DNA of 64,000 nucleotides from Candidatus Helarchaeota archaeon (GCA_019058315.1 JAHPZH010000002.1:1069910-1133909), one strand, 5' to 3'. Positions 1-11,072 are shown, numbered from the stretch's first letter. The notes: generated by a model from the letters alone, not told the origin. Translations and numbers: made by a program.

Positions 1-537
1 AAAGAATTACGCGACGCAATAAATAAAGCTCTTGCATTAGCAAAAATAGCTAATGAAAATAAAGAATATTCTAGAGTCAGTGACATTTATTATAGTATCG
101 CTTCAAAGTTATATGATCTTAAAGATGAAGAAACTGCAAAAAAATTTAGTGAAGCAGCTCGAAAATTTCGAGAAAAGGCAGCTTTGGAGGAAGTACCAAC
201 AGAAGTTAAACCTTCCGTACCCGCAGAAATACACGAATCAACTGATGTAGCACCAATTGATACATTCGCCTCGGCTTTGAAAATTGGAGTTGAAGCTCAA
301 AAAATCGAAGCTCCCCCTGTTAACGATAAAGTTCCATTTATTGAACCACCTACTAAAAAAGAACCAATAAAAATTCCACCAGCTAGTGCATTAGGGGAAA
401 TGGATATAAATTTGGATAAATTAGATCAATTTCTGCTGGATTTAGGGCTTAAATGTCCAAATTGTGGTAAAGAATTAACTGAAGAAGAATCAGCAACTCT
501 CACAAAATGTCCAAATTGTGGCCAAGATTTGGCTTAA
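1..537 (+). CDS. 5'-truncated protein: TPR/MIT-like helical hairpin, Pro-rich linker, C-terminal zinc ribbon
   Basis: Frame 1 is open from base 1 (KELRDAINKALALAKIANENKEYSRVSDIYYSIASKL...) into the 184..537 ORF and ends CPNCG...CPNCG. Confidence 0.75.
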   Translation, partial: KELRDAINKALALAKIANENKEYSRVSDIYYSIASKLYDLKDEETAKKFSEAARKFREKAALEEVPTEVKPSVPAEIHESTDVAPIDTFASALKIGVEAQKIEAPPVNDKVPFIEPPTKKEPIKIPPASALGEMDINLDKLDQFLLDLGLKCPNCGKELTEEESATLTKCPNCGQDLA

Positions 538-551
538 CATTATTATGTGAA

Positions 552-887
552 TTAATTCTCTGAAAAAAACTTTTTATTAAGGGATTTAATAGTTCCAGAT
601 ATACCAATAATATAAATTACTACTTCAGGTTGCTTTTTTCTTTCAAAGCTTATTATAGTGGCCAATGCAGTTCTTAATTTATCGAGTTCCTTCAAACTAC
701 ATCTTAGAATACCTTTTTTGCTTTTAGGATCATAATTCATAAGCCAAAGTCCCATTTTACTAGTTCCGTGTTCGCCATATAATGTATACAATTGATACCA
801 TATAGTATTTAATAACTGCTCTTCTGTAATTTCATTACTTTCTGATATAATTTCAAATGCAATATAACGATGCTTTTCTGCCTTCAA
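552..887 (-). CDS. rnp2: RNase P protein component 2 (Pop5/Rpp14)
   Basis: K-RYIAFEI motif, LYGE-G, GILRC and SGTIKSL; adjacent to Rpp30; TTG start. Confidence 0.93.
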   Translation of the reverse strand: MKAEKHRYIAFEIISESNEITEEQLLNTIWYQLYTLYGEHGTSKMGLWLMNYDPKSKKGILRCSLKELDKLRTALATIISFERKKQPEVVIYIIGISGTIKSLNKKFFSEN

Positions 888-890
888 AAA

Positions 891-1559
891 TCATAACCCC
901 CTATTCTTTATTATTTCTAAAGGAATATCTGACACCGCTTTTTTACATATCTCCTTTGGTAAATCTACTAGTCCTAAAATTGCGATTAATTCTCTGGCTG
1001 CTCTAATTTCATAAATTGATCTTGCACCTGAAGTTATGATAAAAGGTGTATTTGCACGAATAATATTATAACTCATTTTTCGTAGTAATCGGATTTGTTT
1101 TGAGCGATTCAAGCCTGAAAATATAATCAAAGGACGAACGAATATTTCAATGGCTTTGGAATTTCGCGTTGCCAGCTTTGCAGCCTCATATGTTAAAAGA
1201 TCAAAATTATTATAATCAAAAAATGTCAAAAAATCAATCCTAGAATCTTGAAGAGCCCAATTAAAAATTGCTTTTTTCCGGACTTTCAATGAAATAAGAT
1301 CAATATTTGGTCTGATATTTCTAAGTTCTTGCTTTATTCCTTTAATCTCTTCCCCAATTATTTCTGTTCCAGTTAAAACTTTAATTTTAGATTGAATATT
1401 GTTCTTAAACTCTTGAATTTTTTTTAAAGGTACATTATTAAAATCAGAAAAACTCACGTAAGAATATCCCAATTTAGAAGCCATATTAATCATATCAATT
1501 GGGGAATCAACACCATTAGAAATATTCGAATTAAGATGTAAGTCTGCATAAATTTTCAT
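891..1559 (-). CDS. rnp3: RNase P protein component 3 (Rpp30)
   Basis: PHP-like DLHL start, LGY, and IITSGA-S-YEIRA-RE motif; conserved neighbour of rpl15e and Pop5. Confidence 0.92.
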   Translation of the reverse strand: MKIYADLHLNSNISNGVDSPIDMINMASKLGYSYVSFSDFNNVPLKKIQEFKNNIQSKIKVLTGTEIIGEEIKGIKQELRNIRPNIDLISLKVRKKAIFNWALQDSRIDFLTFFDYNNFDLLTYEAAKLATRNSKAIEIFVRPLIIFSGLNRSKQIRLLRKMSYNIIRANTPFIITSGARSIYEIRAARELIAILGLVDLPKEICKKAVSDIPLEIIKNRGL

Positions 1560-1735
1560 TGCTTCACCGAAATATAACTTTCAAGATATTAACATCTGTT
1601 TTTTCTTATATAAGTAAGCTTCATGATAACAAAAAATTATCGTGATAATAAATTCTCAAATTATAGTTACAAACCAAAAAAGAAATAAAATATCTTTATT
1701 AAAGTTTAAACCATTAGATTAGAAATTTTAGACAT

Positions 1736-1981
1736 TTACAATGAATTTGTTTTTACAAGAATCTTATATTCATTTGAAAGATCTTTTATTTCTAGAACTT
1801 GGTGCCCCTCTTTTTGTAAAAATTTTTGTATATTTTCTTTTGCGGGTTGGAAATCTCCGATAATCTCAAGTATTTTTCCCGATCCAATTTCTCTTATTTT
1901 CTTTCGAGTTAATAAAACTGGCATCGGACAAGTTTTACCTCTAACGTCGAGATTTTCTTCTGGTTGTATAAAATCACCCAA
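1736..1981 (-). CDS. tusA: TusA/SirA-family sulfur carrier
   Basis: LDVRGKTCPMPV motif. Confidence 0.9.
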   Translation of the reverse strand: MGDFIQPEENLDVRGKTCPMPVLLTRKKIREIGSGKILEIIGDFQPAKENIQKFLQKEGHQVLEIKDLSNEYKILVKTNSL

Positions 1982-2179
1982 ATTTTAAATGATTTTAGAT
2001 ATTTTGTCAATAAAATAATGGCATTAAATTTTATAAGAATAACCATTAGTTTTTCTAATATAGATTGAATTGAATAATATAAATTGAAATAGAATCATAG
2101 ATAGAGCGATGAATACAACTAAAATTAGAAATAATTACTTAAGTTTTTACTGTTCTCGTTTAAGAGATCATAAAATGAG

Positions 2180-2767
2180 CTATTTGCCCCGAGTACCCCA
2201 ACTTCTAATTGAAGGTCTAAGCTTTTCTGCACCTAATCCCTTATTCCGTAACCCTCTCGATTTTTTACCAGCTGAAGTTAATCCTCGATGGACTCGTCCA
2301 GTGTGTTGAGGATCACCTATCCAATTAATTTTTGGGTCAACAACAATACTGGGAACAATTGGATCTACTAGTATTACTTCGAAAAATTTCCACTTTCCCT
2401 CTTCGCCTACCCAATAACTATTTAGAACCTCTAAATTTGGAAATTTTCTTGCCACGCGTTCTTCTGCAATCCACCGTAATGATTTTTTTGGGGTATATTT
2501 TTTAAAACCCATTTTTTTCGGTCGTCGCCCCATTTTCGGTCTAGTTTTTCTTCTACCACCTCTGCGAACTCTTGTTCGCACCAAAATATATCCAGGCTTT
2601 GCTTTATATCCTAAAGCTCTCGCTCGATCTAATCTGGTAGGGCGTGGTATTCTCAATACAACTGGTTGTTTTCTCCAAAGAATATAACGAGCTCTTTGTA
2701 GTTCTAAAACACCACTTTTTTTCTTATTCTTCCAAGCCTCGCTAATATAATGATACATTGATTTCAT
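2180..2767 (-). CDS. rpl15e: 50S ribosomal protein L15e
   Basis: [43 protein letters not shown]. Confidence 0.98.
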   Translation of the reverse strand: MKSMYHYISEAWKNKKKSGVLELQRARYILWRKQPVVLRIPRPTRLDRARALGYKAKPGYILVRTRVRRGGRRKTRPKMGRRPKKMGFKKYTPKKSLRWIAEERVARKFPNLEVLNSYWVGEEGKWKFFEVILVDPIVPSIVVDPKINWIGDPQHTGRVHRGLTSAGKKSRGLRNKGLGAEKLRPSIRSWGTRGK

Positions 2768-2826
2768 GATGTAACCTTCTATTTTGATAAAAAGAATTAC
2801 TTTATATTTTTTATCTTTTTTACTGA

Positions 2827-3756
2827 CTAAATTTTCTCCTTTAATATCTTAATGATTTTTTCAGCCAAGATAGTACTGACCGCCTCATTAGCTTCTATAG
2901 TTTGAGCTCCTATATGTGGTGTAGCAATAACATTAGGTAATTTAATTAATTTAGGATCAGGATTGGGTTCATTAAGGAAGACATCTAAAGCAGCTCCTGC
3001 AATTTTTCCATTTTTAAGAGCTTCATAAAGCGCAACTTCATCGACTATATCCCCACGTGCCGTATTTATAAGAAATGCTTTGGGTTTCATTAAATTAAAA
3101 AATTCTTTATTTATCATCTTTCTAGTATGATCGTTAAGGGGACAACATATTGCAATAATATCAGAATTTCTAGCTATTTCCTCAAGGGGAACACAAGAAC
3201 ATCCGAGCTCTTCTGCTTCCTCAACCGCCGATTCTACAACATCACATCCTAAGACTTCCATCTCAAATGCGAGGGCTCTTTTAGCTAATTCAATCCCGAC
3301 ATTACCGCAACCAATTACACCGATAGTCTTTCCTCGTAATTCAAATCCTTTGATTTGCTTTTTTATCCATTTATTATCTTTTAAACCTTGATTACCCGCT
3401 GGAATTGACCTTAATAAAGATAAAATAAGCCCTAAAATTAACTCAGCTACTGAAACTGAAGAGCCTTTTGGTGAACGAATAACTTCTATATTATATTTCT
3501 CAGCAGTTTTTAAATCAATATTATCTAAGCCAACTCCTGCACGACCAATGACTTTTAATCGGTTCTTTCCCGCTTCAATTATTTCTTTAGTTACTTTTGT
3601 TCGTGAACGGACAATTAATGCATCATAATTTTCAATAGTTTTAATTATTTTCTCTTGAGTCATTTTTGGCTCTTGAACTAACTCAAATCCTTCAGTTTTT
3701 AGTATTTCAACTGCTTTTGGATGGATTGGGTCTGTTATGAGTATCTTATGTACTAT
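2827..3756 (-). CDS. D-2-hydroxyacid / D-3-phosphoglycerate dehydrogenase (no ACT domain); probable ATA start
   Basis: [11 protein letters not shown], GxGxxG, INTARG, TPHIGA. The frame continues upstream of ATG 3663 as (I)[19 protein letters not shown] to ATA 3756, then TAG. SD AGGTGGT at 3764-3770. Confidence 0.88.
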   Translation of the reverse strand: MVHKILITDPIHPKAVEILKTEGFELVQEPKMTQEKIIKTIENYDALIVRSRTKVTKEIIEAGKNRLKVIGRAGVGLDNIDLKTAEKYNIEVIRSPKGSSVSVAELILGLILSLLRSIPAGNQGLKDNKWIKKQIKGFELRGKTIGVIGCGNVGIELAKRALAFEMEVLGCDVVESAVEEAEELGCSCVPLEEIARNSDIIAICCPLNDHTRKMINKEFFNLMKPKAFLINTARGDIVDEVALYEALKNGKIAGAALDVFLNEPNPDPKLIKLPNVIATPHIGAQTIEANEAVSTILAEKIIKILKEKI

Positions 3757-3884
3757 TTTCTAAACCACCTAGTTACTTCACTTAAATTATAATAAAGGAT
3801 AAAATTATTAATCTAAATGAAAATGTTTTTTTAAATCTTAATAATCGATTCAATATTTGATTATAAAAGAATTTGGTGGAAAAA

Positions 3885-4274
3885 TTGAGTAACATTCCAG
3901 ATGATTTAAAATATATTGAACAACATCAATGGGCAAAGGCTGAAGGTGATAATGTTAGAATTGGGATAACCGATTACGCCCAAGCCGAGCTTAAAGAAAT
4001 AGTTCTTGTAGATTTCATGGTTGGCGTAGGTGATACTGTTGCTAAACAAGCTGATCCATTTGGTTCTATAGAAAGTACAAAGGCGGTTTCAGATGTTTTC
4101 TCTCCTGTATCTGGCGAAGTAGTAGAAATTAATTCTGCAGTTGAGGAAGAACCCGAAATTTTAAACCAAGATCCTTATGGCAAAGGTTGGTTAATTCTAG
4201 TAAAAGCATCGAACAAATCTGAACTGGATTCTCTTTGGTCTGCTGCACAATACAAAGATTTCATTTCTAAATAA
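3885..4274 (+). CDS. gcvH: Glycine cleavage system H protein
   Basis: IGITDYAQ, lipoyl motif IESTKAVSD, DPYGKGWL. TTG 3885 follows GGTGGA (alternative start 3873). Confidence 0.93.
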   Translation: MSNIPDDLKYIEQHQWAKAEGDNVRIGITDYAQAELKEIVLVDFMVGVGDTVAKQADPFGSIESTKAVSDVFSPVSGEVVEINSAVEEEPEILNQDPYGKGWLILVKASNKSELDSLWSAAQYKDFISK

Positions 4275-4442
4275 TTAGAAATCGTTTTTTCTTTATTTTT
4301 TTCTTATTTTATTTTTAAATTATGGGTAAGATCGCTATGCTAATGTCAATATAGTAGCTATCTTTAAAAAATTTAAAAAAAAGAAGAGATTTTAGAGATT
4401 ATACACCTATTTGAAAAATATCTGTTTATTTTCTTTGCTTAA

Positions 4443-5639
4443 TCATACAATTACCTTTGTTGCTAATATAATCAATAGCGCTATTGCAAACGAGGCAATT
4501 ATATAAATGTATGGGTAGTTGTCTTTTTTAATGATCCAGAATTCACCGTTTTGTTCTTCATAACCTTGAATAGTAAAGAACAATAGTAGCGGAATAGAGT
4601 ATATAATGCATTTTAGATTATAATCTAGGTTTGATGTGCCAATACAAAGAATTTGCAATATGATTAACCAAAAAAGCGAGATCTTATTTAATTTATTTTT
4701 ATCATAATTCAAGATCCCTTGAAATGCGAATGGTAGAAATAGTACTACGGCTGCGCCCAAGGCCAAAATATAAAAGATAAACGACGAAACACTAAAAGAC
4801 TTAAAAATTACGATACTACTGTAATTTATTAATCCTGCTATTGGATGTCCAATGACTATTCCATAAATAAGTAATGCAATCGCTGGACCTGCTGCAAAAA
4901 TTACCAAATAGAGCAATTCTTTGATTAATTTATCTCTAGAGTCTGAATATAGTAGTAATAGTAGTACTCCAAATGCATATGTTATTGGAATGATGAGCCC
5001 TAAATTGAAAGTAATGACCAATAGACCTGCTAGAATTAAGTAAATATTAATTGTACTCTTTGGTTCCTCAACTGGATCAAGTATATAATTTACACTGTGT
5101 GTCGAATTAATTTGTTTTAAGAATAGAAAGAGAATCAAAGGAATTAATGTGTAATATAAATTTGCTACATTTATATGGCTTGCAAAATAGATACCTACTA
5201 AGTTAAAAGTATATAAAATGGTCGAAACTGTTATCAACTCTTCATTTCGAGTTAGTTCTTTGATAAATAGATTGAAAGTAAATATTCCGAGAGAAGATAT
5301 GATTGCCAAAAAGATACGAGCACCATAAATTCCTCCCAATGCGAAGAAAGGCGAAATTATACTAGGGAAAAGAAATGCATTCCACGGATTTGAGATAGGT
5401 AAGTCGATATATCCAAAAGCCAGGTGAATTAATAGCAATGTATTGTCTCCATTAACCACAAGATGAATCAAAGATAAGTTAAAAGGAACTGAAAATCTTG
5501 TCTGCCCAATAAGCTGTAAATATGTACCTAATTCTTCAGTAAATATGTTTTGCTCAAAAAAACATAAGACGATCCGTACACCAATAGCAATTAGCCAAAT
5601 AAACCAGATTTTTTTCTCCATAAAGAAATCAACGCTCAA
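4443..5639 (-). CDS. Polytopic membrane protein, GT-C glycosyltransferase-like
   Basis: About 10 hydrophobic segments, an acidic FTEE loop after TM1, and a PMT-like GARIF segment; family call is tentative. Confidence 0.55.
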   Translation of the reverse strand: MSVDFFMEKKIWFIWLIAIGVRIVLCFFEQNIFTEELGTYLQLIGQTRFSVPFNLSLIHLVVNGDNTLLLIHLAFGYIDLPISNPWNAFLFPSIISPFFALGGIYGARIFLAIISSLGIFTFNLFIKELTRNEELITVSTILYTFNLVGIYFASHINVANLYYTLIPLILFLFLKQINSTHSVNYILDPVEEPKSTINIYLILAGLLVITFNLGLIIPITYAFGVLLLLLYSDSRDKLIKELLYLVIFAAGPAIALLIYGIVIGHPIAGLINYSSIVIFKSFSVSSFIFYILALGAAVVLFLPFAFQGILNYDKNKLNKISLFWLIILQILCIGTSNLDYNLKCIIYSIPLLLFFTIQGYEEQNGEFWIIKKDNYPYIYIIASFAIALLIILATKVIV

Positions 5640-5738
5640 GATCTACACCATTTAGCTCTTTTTTATTTTTTATTTTCTAATTTAAAAGTTTATATTTTTT
5701 TAATATAAATGATTAACTTAGTTTTTTAAAAGTATAGG

Positions 5739-6500
5739 ATGAAAAACAAATATATTTATGTGAATATTTTGGGAATTAATAACGATTTGAGCGAATATGA
5801 AGAAGATTTTTCGAAAAATATTATATTTAAAGTTAGCTTTATTTGTGTAATAGTTCTAATTATATATAATATTTTAAATTTAATATTTTATTATAGTTCT
5901 GTTGGTACAGGATTTAATTTTTTATCAATTTTAACAAATTCTAGTCTTGGAATTATCATAGGTCTTACTATATATAATTCTGCTATAAATTTTAACATAA
6001 AATCTGGTGAATATGCTGGAATTTCAAAAATTGTATTCGATTTTACGAGAATATCCATTTATCTTTATTATAATAACTATCTTGGTGAATTATATAATTC
6101 CTTAAATATATTCATTTTATTTCCAGGGTTTGATGAAGTAATTAAACTGGTTATTTTTTTTCAAGTTATGAGCTCAATAAGACCTCTCTGGATTGAAATA
6201 TTGGATTTTGTTAACCTAGGATTGAATTTATTCAGTATTTTACTAATTTCTTATTATTTTCATAATTTAGGAAAAGAAAGAAACAATAATTATTTTAAAA
6301 TGACTTCTATAGCTTACATATTTTCATTTATTCTGTTAATTATTTTCTCTCTAATTCCTGTTGCCATTTTTTATTTATCTTCAATACTTATAGAAAATAT
6401 TTTCTTGGCAATTTCATTCAATGTATTCTTAACTACAAAAATCAAAATTGTTGAACAATTAGATAAGAATTATAAACCAATTCATACCGAATATAAATAA
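5739..6500 (+). CDS. Hypothetical membrane protein
   Basis: 253-aa ORF with multiple hydrophobic helices. Confidence 0.6.
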   Translation: MKNKYIYVNILGINNDLSEYEEDFSKNIIFKVSFICVIVLIIYNILNLIFYYSSVGTGFNFLSILTNSSLGIIIGLTIYNSAINFNIKSGEYAGISKIVFDFTRISIYLYYNNYLGELYNSLNIFILFPGFDEVIKLVIFFQVMSSIRPLWIEILDFVNLGLNLFSILLISYYFHNLGKERNNNYFKMTSIAYIFSFILLIIFSLIPVAIFYLSSILIENIFLAISFNVFLTTKIKIVEQLDKNYKPIHTEYK

Positions 6501-6512
6501 TGGTGGATTATT

Positions 6513-7715
6513 ATGTTAATCGGAATTGTAGGAAAACCTAATTGTGGAAAAACGACGTTTTTAAATGCTGCATGTCTTACCACAGCAAAAGTGGCTGATT
6601 ATCCATTTACCACAATTGAACCGAACCTAGGAACTGCTTATGTTAGAAGCCAATGTGTTTGTAAAGAATTAAAAGTCCAAGATAAACCAAAGAATTCAAT
6701 TTGTATAAATGGAGTACGTTTAATCCCAATTGAACTTTTAGATGTTGCTGGTCTAGTCCCTGGAGCATGGGAAGGAAAAGGATTAGGAAATAAATTTCTT
6801 GATGATTTAAGAAGAGCTGATGCTTTAATTCACGTTGTTGATGCTTCAGGATCAACTGATGATAAAGGGAATTTAACTGAACCAGGATCTTGGGATCCAA
6901 TAGAAGATATTAAATTTCTTGAGTATGAAATAGCAATGTGGATTTCTAATATATTAAAACGCGATTGGCATAAATTTACGAGAAAAATTGAAGTAGAACG
7001 TCTCGATTTTGTAGATAAGATGGCACAACGACTATCTGGTTTGGCAATTAATAAATCCCACATAAATGAAGCATTAAAAACATCTAAATTAGTCGGCACA
7101 AAACCTGTCAAATGGAGTGATGAAGAAATTTTCAATTTCGCTGTTGCACTTCGAAAAATTGCTAAACCAATGATAATAATTGCTAATAAAGCGGATATGA
7201 AAACAGCGGATGAAAATATTAAAAGAATTAAAGAATTTACCAAAGATATTGTTGTTCCAGCATGTGTATTAGGAGAATTTTTTCTAAGAAAATTTGCCGA
7301 AGATGGAAGAATTAATTATATTCCTGGAGATTCATCATTTGAAATTATAAAATCAGAAAGCTTTTCAGATAATGAATTAAAAACCCTAAATAGTTTACAA
7401 GAATTAATAGACAAATTGGGTTCTACAGGAGTTCAATTAGCTTTAGATACTGCAGTTTTCAAATTATTAGATATGATTGTAGCATATCCAGTTCATGAAG
7501 TCTCAAACTTTTCCGATGCAGATGGAAATGTTCTGCCAGATGCTTTTTTAATTCCTAAAGGAACTCCAATTAAAGAATTCGCTTCAAAAGTCCATACAGA
7601 ATTAGCTGAAACGTTTATTCATGGAATTGATGCTAAAACAAAAAAGAGATTGGGTGATAATTATATAATACAAGATTGTGATGTAGTAAAATTCGTTTCA
7701 GCAAAAGGTCATTAA
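6513..7715 (+). CDS. ychF: Obg-family translation-associated NTPase YchF/Ola1 (archaeal type) with TGS domain
   Basis: GKPNCGKTT, DYPFTTIEPN, DVAGLV, ANKAD, C-terminal TGS (VHTELA). Confidence 0.93.
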   Translation: MLIGIVGKPNCGKTTFLNAACLTTAKVADYPFTTIEPNLGTAYVRSQCVCKELKVQDKPKNSICINGVRLIPIELLDVAGLVPGAWEGKGLGNKFLDDLRRADALIHVVDASGSTDDKGNLTEPGSWDPIEDIKFLEYEIAMWISNILKRDWHKFTRKIEVERLDFVDKMAQRLSGLAINKSHINEALKTSKLVGTKPVKWSDEEIFNFAVALRKIAKPMIIIANKADMKTADENIKRIKEFTKDIVVPACVLGEFFLRKFAEDGRINYIPGDSSFEIIKSESFSDNELKTLNSLQELIDKLGSTGVQLALDTAVFKLLDMIVAYPVHEVSNFSDADGNVLPDAFLIPKGTPIKEFASKVHTELAETFIHGIDAKTKKRLGDNYIIQDCDVVKFVSAKGH

Positions 7716-8152
7716 GAATCTTCATTATTGTATAAGTATTTTTTCAAATAATACCCAGGTTTTTTTTGAGATCCAAAGGATCTTAATCCCTCTGTTTCCA
7801 ATTGAATTTTTAATTTTTCAGCATATTCTTCCGTAATTTCGCCTTTTTTTAACATATAATCAATTATCTCGATTGCTTGTTCATCAAATTGACATCTACG
7901 AATAAAAGCTATTATATCAGGATTTTTTAACTCATCCAAATCTTCTTTATCTTTAGTTTTTTTTATATTCCAACGAATACCCTTCATTGATATCTTTGAT
8001 TCACTCAGTTCCATCTCTTTTGCCAAATTGGGAAATACATCTTCAAAATCCTTATCTGAATCCATATATTCTTTTGTCAATTCTTTAATTTTTTTATTTT
8101 TTTCTCGAATTGAGTCTTTCTTAGCAGAAGTAGAATTGGATTCGTCAGTCAA
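7712..8152 (-). CDS. DUF2095-family protein
   Basis: FPNLAKE, PDIIAFIRRC, GEI-EEYA, GLRSFG..K.PGYY. Confidence 0.75.
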   Translation of the reverse strand: MTDESNSTSAKKDSIREKNKKIKELTKEYMDSDKDFEDVFPNLAKEMELSESKISMKGIRWNIKKTKDKEDLDELKNPDIIAFIRRCQFDEQAIEIIDYMLKKGEITEEYAEKLKIQLETEGLRSFGSQKKPGYYLKKYLYNNEDS

Positions 8153-8229
8153 TAAAAATATCCTTCCTAAATATAATTAAAAATAGTTAAAATTAAAACC
8201 TATTTATCAAATATTTAAAAACTAAATTT

Positions 8230-8424
8230 CTATTTAAGCTCAAAGGCGATTTTAGAAATCTCATTTGTGCATTCTTTAACAAGATATATGGCAGTATTAA
8301 ATAATTCTTTTAAATTAGGGTCTACAGAATTCTGTAATTGCTCTATATTATTTTTTATAGCCACCATATCCTTTGTTAAATCTACTAGATGCTTGATAAC
8401 CTTATTATTGTCCACTGCTATCAC
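8230..8424 (-). CDS. Small helical hypothetical protein
   Basis: 64-aa amphipathic ORF filling an intergenic gap; no motif recognised. Confidence 0.4.
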   Translation of the reverse strand: MIAVDNNKVIKHLVDLTKDMVAIKNNIEQLQNSVDPNLKELFNTAIYLVKECTNEISKIAFELK

Positions 8425-8744
8425 TACAAAAATGGTGCAAATTTGAATCTGTTCTAAAATTTAGACTAACGATATTATAACAAAAATAAGCTTTTTCTTT
8501 TTAAAATTTTTGATACATCAATATTTTTACAAGAATCAATTTGATATTAATCTCTTTTTAATTTATTTCTAAACGAAAGGTTCTAGAATGAGTATTTTTT
8601 GAAAATCAGTTAATTCTATAAATTTAGGTTTTTTAAATTACAAAAAAATGAAAAATTTATTATTATTAAGAAATAAAAAATGGATTAATTAAGTTTAAAA
8701 AATGAAGTAATTATATTTTAAAAACTAAATCGAGTTGACAAACT

Positions 8745-9323
8745 TTGAATGGGGAAGAAATAACCCAACAAATGAAAAGATTGCTCTATTTAATTGCAGA
8801 ATATACTAAATCAGAGGAAAAATATGGTGTTCTAGCTATTAAAGAGTTACCAGTATTGTCGCTCATTTTCAGAGGAATATTAGAGAATATACTTGATTAT
8901 GATTATGCACCACAATCTGTAATGTATATGGACAATAGACGGTTTCTTAATATTAGCAAAGAAGGAGAAGATGATTTGGATGATCTTAGAGATGCAAAGC
9001 TATTGAAAAAGATACGATTAGCAACTCGTCGCCATGTCTTTATTTATGCCTACAATTTGACAGTATCTGGTATAAAATTCTTAGATTCAATCATGAAGGA
9101 AGATAAAAATGCAATAGATCAACTTATTTATTGTAAGTGTGGGGATTTATACAGTGTACAAGTTCAGCCTGAAGGGATATTCATGATATGTAATAAATGT
9201 AACATCAAAATTGATACTGAAATTACAGATATCGAAGACGTAGCTTATAAATGTTCACCAATAAGACTTAGGACACGGTTAACACGGAAATCAAGTAATA
9301 TTCGAGACGGTGAGAAAAAATGA
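8745..9323 (+). CDS. Winged-helix-like protein with C-terminal Cys-rich zinc ribbon (DYDYAP motif)
   Basis: DDLDDLRDAKLL...AYNLTVSGIKFL (wHTH wing pattern) and CKC...CNKC; overlaps the next gene by ATGA. Confidence 0.75.
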   Translation: MNGEEITQQMKRLLYLIAEYTKSEEKYGVLAIKELPVLSLIFRGILENILDYDYAPQSVMYMDNRRFLNISKEGEDDLDDLRDAKLLKKIRLATRRHVFIYAYNLTVSGIKFLDSIMKEDKNAIDQLIYCKCGDLYSVQVQPEGIFMICNKCNIKIDTEITDIEDVAYKCSPIRLRTRLTRKSSNIRDGEKK

Positions 9324-11047
9324 GCTCTATTAAGGATGAATTAATATCATATATTCATTTTAAAGATTTAAAAGTCTATATTTCAGAGTATATTCCCTTT
9401 GGAACTAATCATATAATTGCATTTAATGATGAGTTGGATAGTTTAAGTGATGTTAAGGAAGGATTAATGACTTCAATCATCGATACAGAACCTACTCGAG
9501 CCACATTTCCAATTGATGAAAGATTAATAAAAGTTACTGTGACTGAATACGACCCAAATGATTATGTCATCTTTGATGCTTCAATAGTATATGAAGAAGT
9601 TGTTGAGCAAATAGAAGAAATTTGCGTATATGTAGATAACTATGGTCGTGTTATTTATGGATGCGAAATGGATGAAATTGATGGAGATAAAACAAAACTT
9701 TCTTTAGACAAACTTACACGTGTTTATGCTGATCTAGTTCTCGATAGTTCAAAAATGATTCATAATCTATTAAGCACGTATCAACGACGCCTTCTTGATT
9801 TAGTCTATTTTGGGACTCCCGAATATAGGAATAAATTTATCATTCTAGCTGCGAAAGATATAACCCCTGATAAAAGGGCTGCGGAATTTAATGATGGCGA
9901 AGATTTAGAAAATGAACTAAATCAAATTCTATCTATTACCACCCATTTCCATGATATGAATAATAGTACTGATAAATTCTTTTATGGTTCTGAGGGTATG
10001 ATTTTAATTTCTCAAAATCCTGAAAAATATGAGGAATTAATTTCAATAATGGCATTCTATTTTGGACTCGACATCTTCCAGAAGAATTATTTTGATAAAA
10101 TGTTCATGTTATGGGATGATTTGAATCGAGCAAGGCAATTAATAGACATATGTGACGTTGATCCTACTTCAACAGGAACTGCAAAATCAATACTTTCCCA
10201 AGTTAGTGCATCAGTTGTTTTGATGAATGAATTATTATCTTTTATGCAAAAATCTGTTGAAAAAATGAATCAAGAATGGGACCAATTTGAAAGGACTGAC
10301 CCGGATATTCAAGAGTTAATAAAAGTTATTAATTTGGATGATTTTGTTGACAAAGCATTAGTTCGAATAGATGATGCTAGGATGGTTGTTTCTGGATTAA
10401 TCGAAGAAATTAATGGTATTAATGGTTTAATCAATTCAATGGCAGAAAAACAAATGACTAGAATGAATGAAACATTAAAAGATAGTATCGCATCCATGGA
10501 TGAAATGAACCGTAGTTCAAACAGGACTGGTGTGGCATTAAATATACTCGAAGTTATATTAGCCGGGTCAATTGCTTTTGATATTTTATTACTTATGATT
10601 GGAGATTATAGCATTCAATTCTTTGCAAATTGGGTTCAAGAAAATATAGCAATTTGGTTGACAATATGTATAGCTACTTTCCTTTTAGTAGGTATTGGGC
10701 TTTGGAAAACTATTAAATATATGGAACGTAGAGCTGAACCTAACTTAAGAACTAAAATTAATATTAGTAAAAAATATAATAAAGAAAATTTCAAGAGCTT
10801 TTTGGCAAGTAAAGAAATTATTACGAGAGAATCTCAGTTGATCGGAGAAAATATGATTGAAGAATTCACTTGGGATGAGAAAGATAAGAAATGGCATGGA
10901 AATAATGTACGTATAAAATTAAGAGCTGACACAAATAACTCATATATTCTATCTGCAATTATTAACATAGACAAACCAAAACATATTAATGCAAGACAAG
11001 TTTCATCTATTATGGGAGAATATATAAAAAATGAGAATATTTTATGA
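9320..11047 (+). CDS. Membrane protein with CorA-like topology (large soluble domain, long helices, 2 C-terminal TMs, extra tail domain)
   Basis: Long coiled helices followed by two hydrophobic segments (VALNILEVILAGSIAFDILLLMIG; IWLTICIATFLLVGIGLW); no GMN motif. Confidence 0.7.
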   Translation: MSSIKDELISYIHFKDLKVYISEYIPFGTNHIIAFNDELDSLSDVKEGLMTSIIDTEPTRATFPIDERLIKVTVTEYDPNDYVIFDASIVYEEVVEQIEEICVYVDNYGRVIYGCEMDEIDGDKTKLSLDKLTRVYADLVLDSSKMIHNLLSTYQRRLLDLVYFGTPEYRNKFIILAAKDITPDKRAAEFNDGEDLENELNQILSITTHFHDMNNSTDKFFYGSEGMILISQNPEKYEELISIMAFYFGLDIFQKNYFDKMFMLWDDLNRARQLIDICDVDPTSTGTAKSILSQVSASVVLMNELLSFMQKSVEKMNQEWDQFERTDPDIQELIKVINLDDFVDKALVRIDDARMVVSGLIEEINGINGLINSMAEKQMTRMNETLKDSIASMDEMNRSSNRTGVALNILEVILAGSIAFDILLLMIGDYSIQFFANWVQENIAIWLTICIATFLLVGIGLWKTIKYMERRAEPNLRTKINISKKYNKENFKSFLASKEIITRESQLIGENMIEEFTWDEKDKKWHGNNVRIKLRADTNNSYILSAIINIDKPKHINARQVSSIMGEYIKNENIL

Positions 11048-11072
11048 TTAAAAATAACTGATATAAGCTTAA

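Noticed and set aside
53-250. 65-aa ORF
   Set aside because: It overlaps the longer frame-1 CDS that runs in from the window edge.
4328-4364. Imperfect hairpin AAGATCGCTA...TAGCTATCTT between convergent genes
   Set aside because: Too short and imperfect to call an ncRNA or SECIS; at most a terminator-associated structure.
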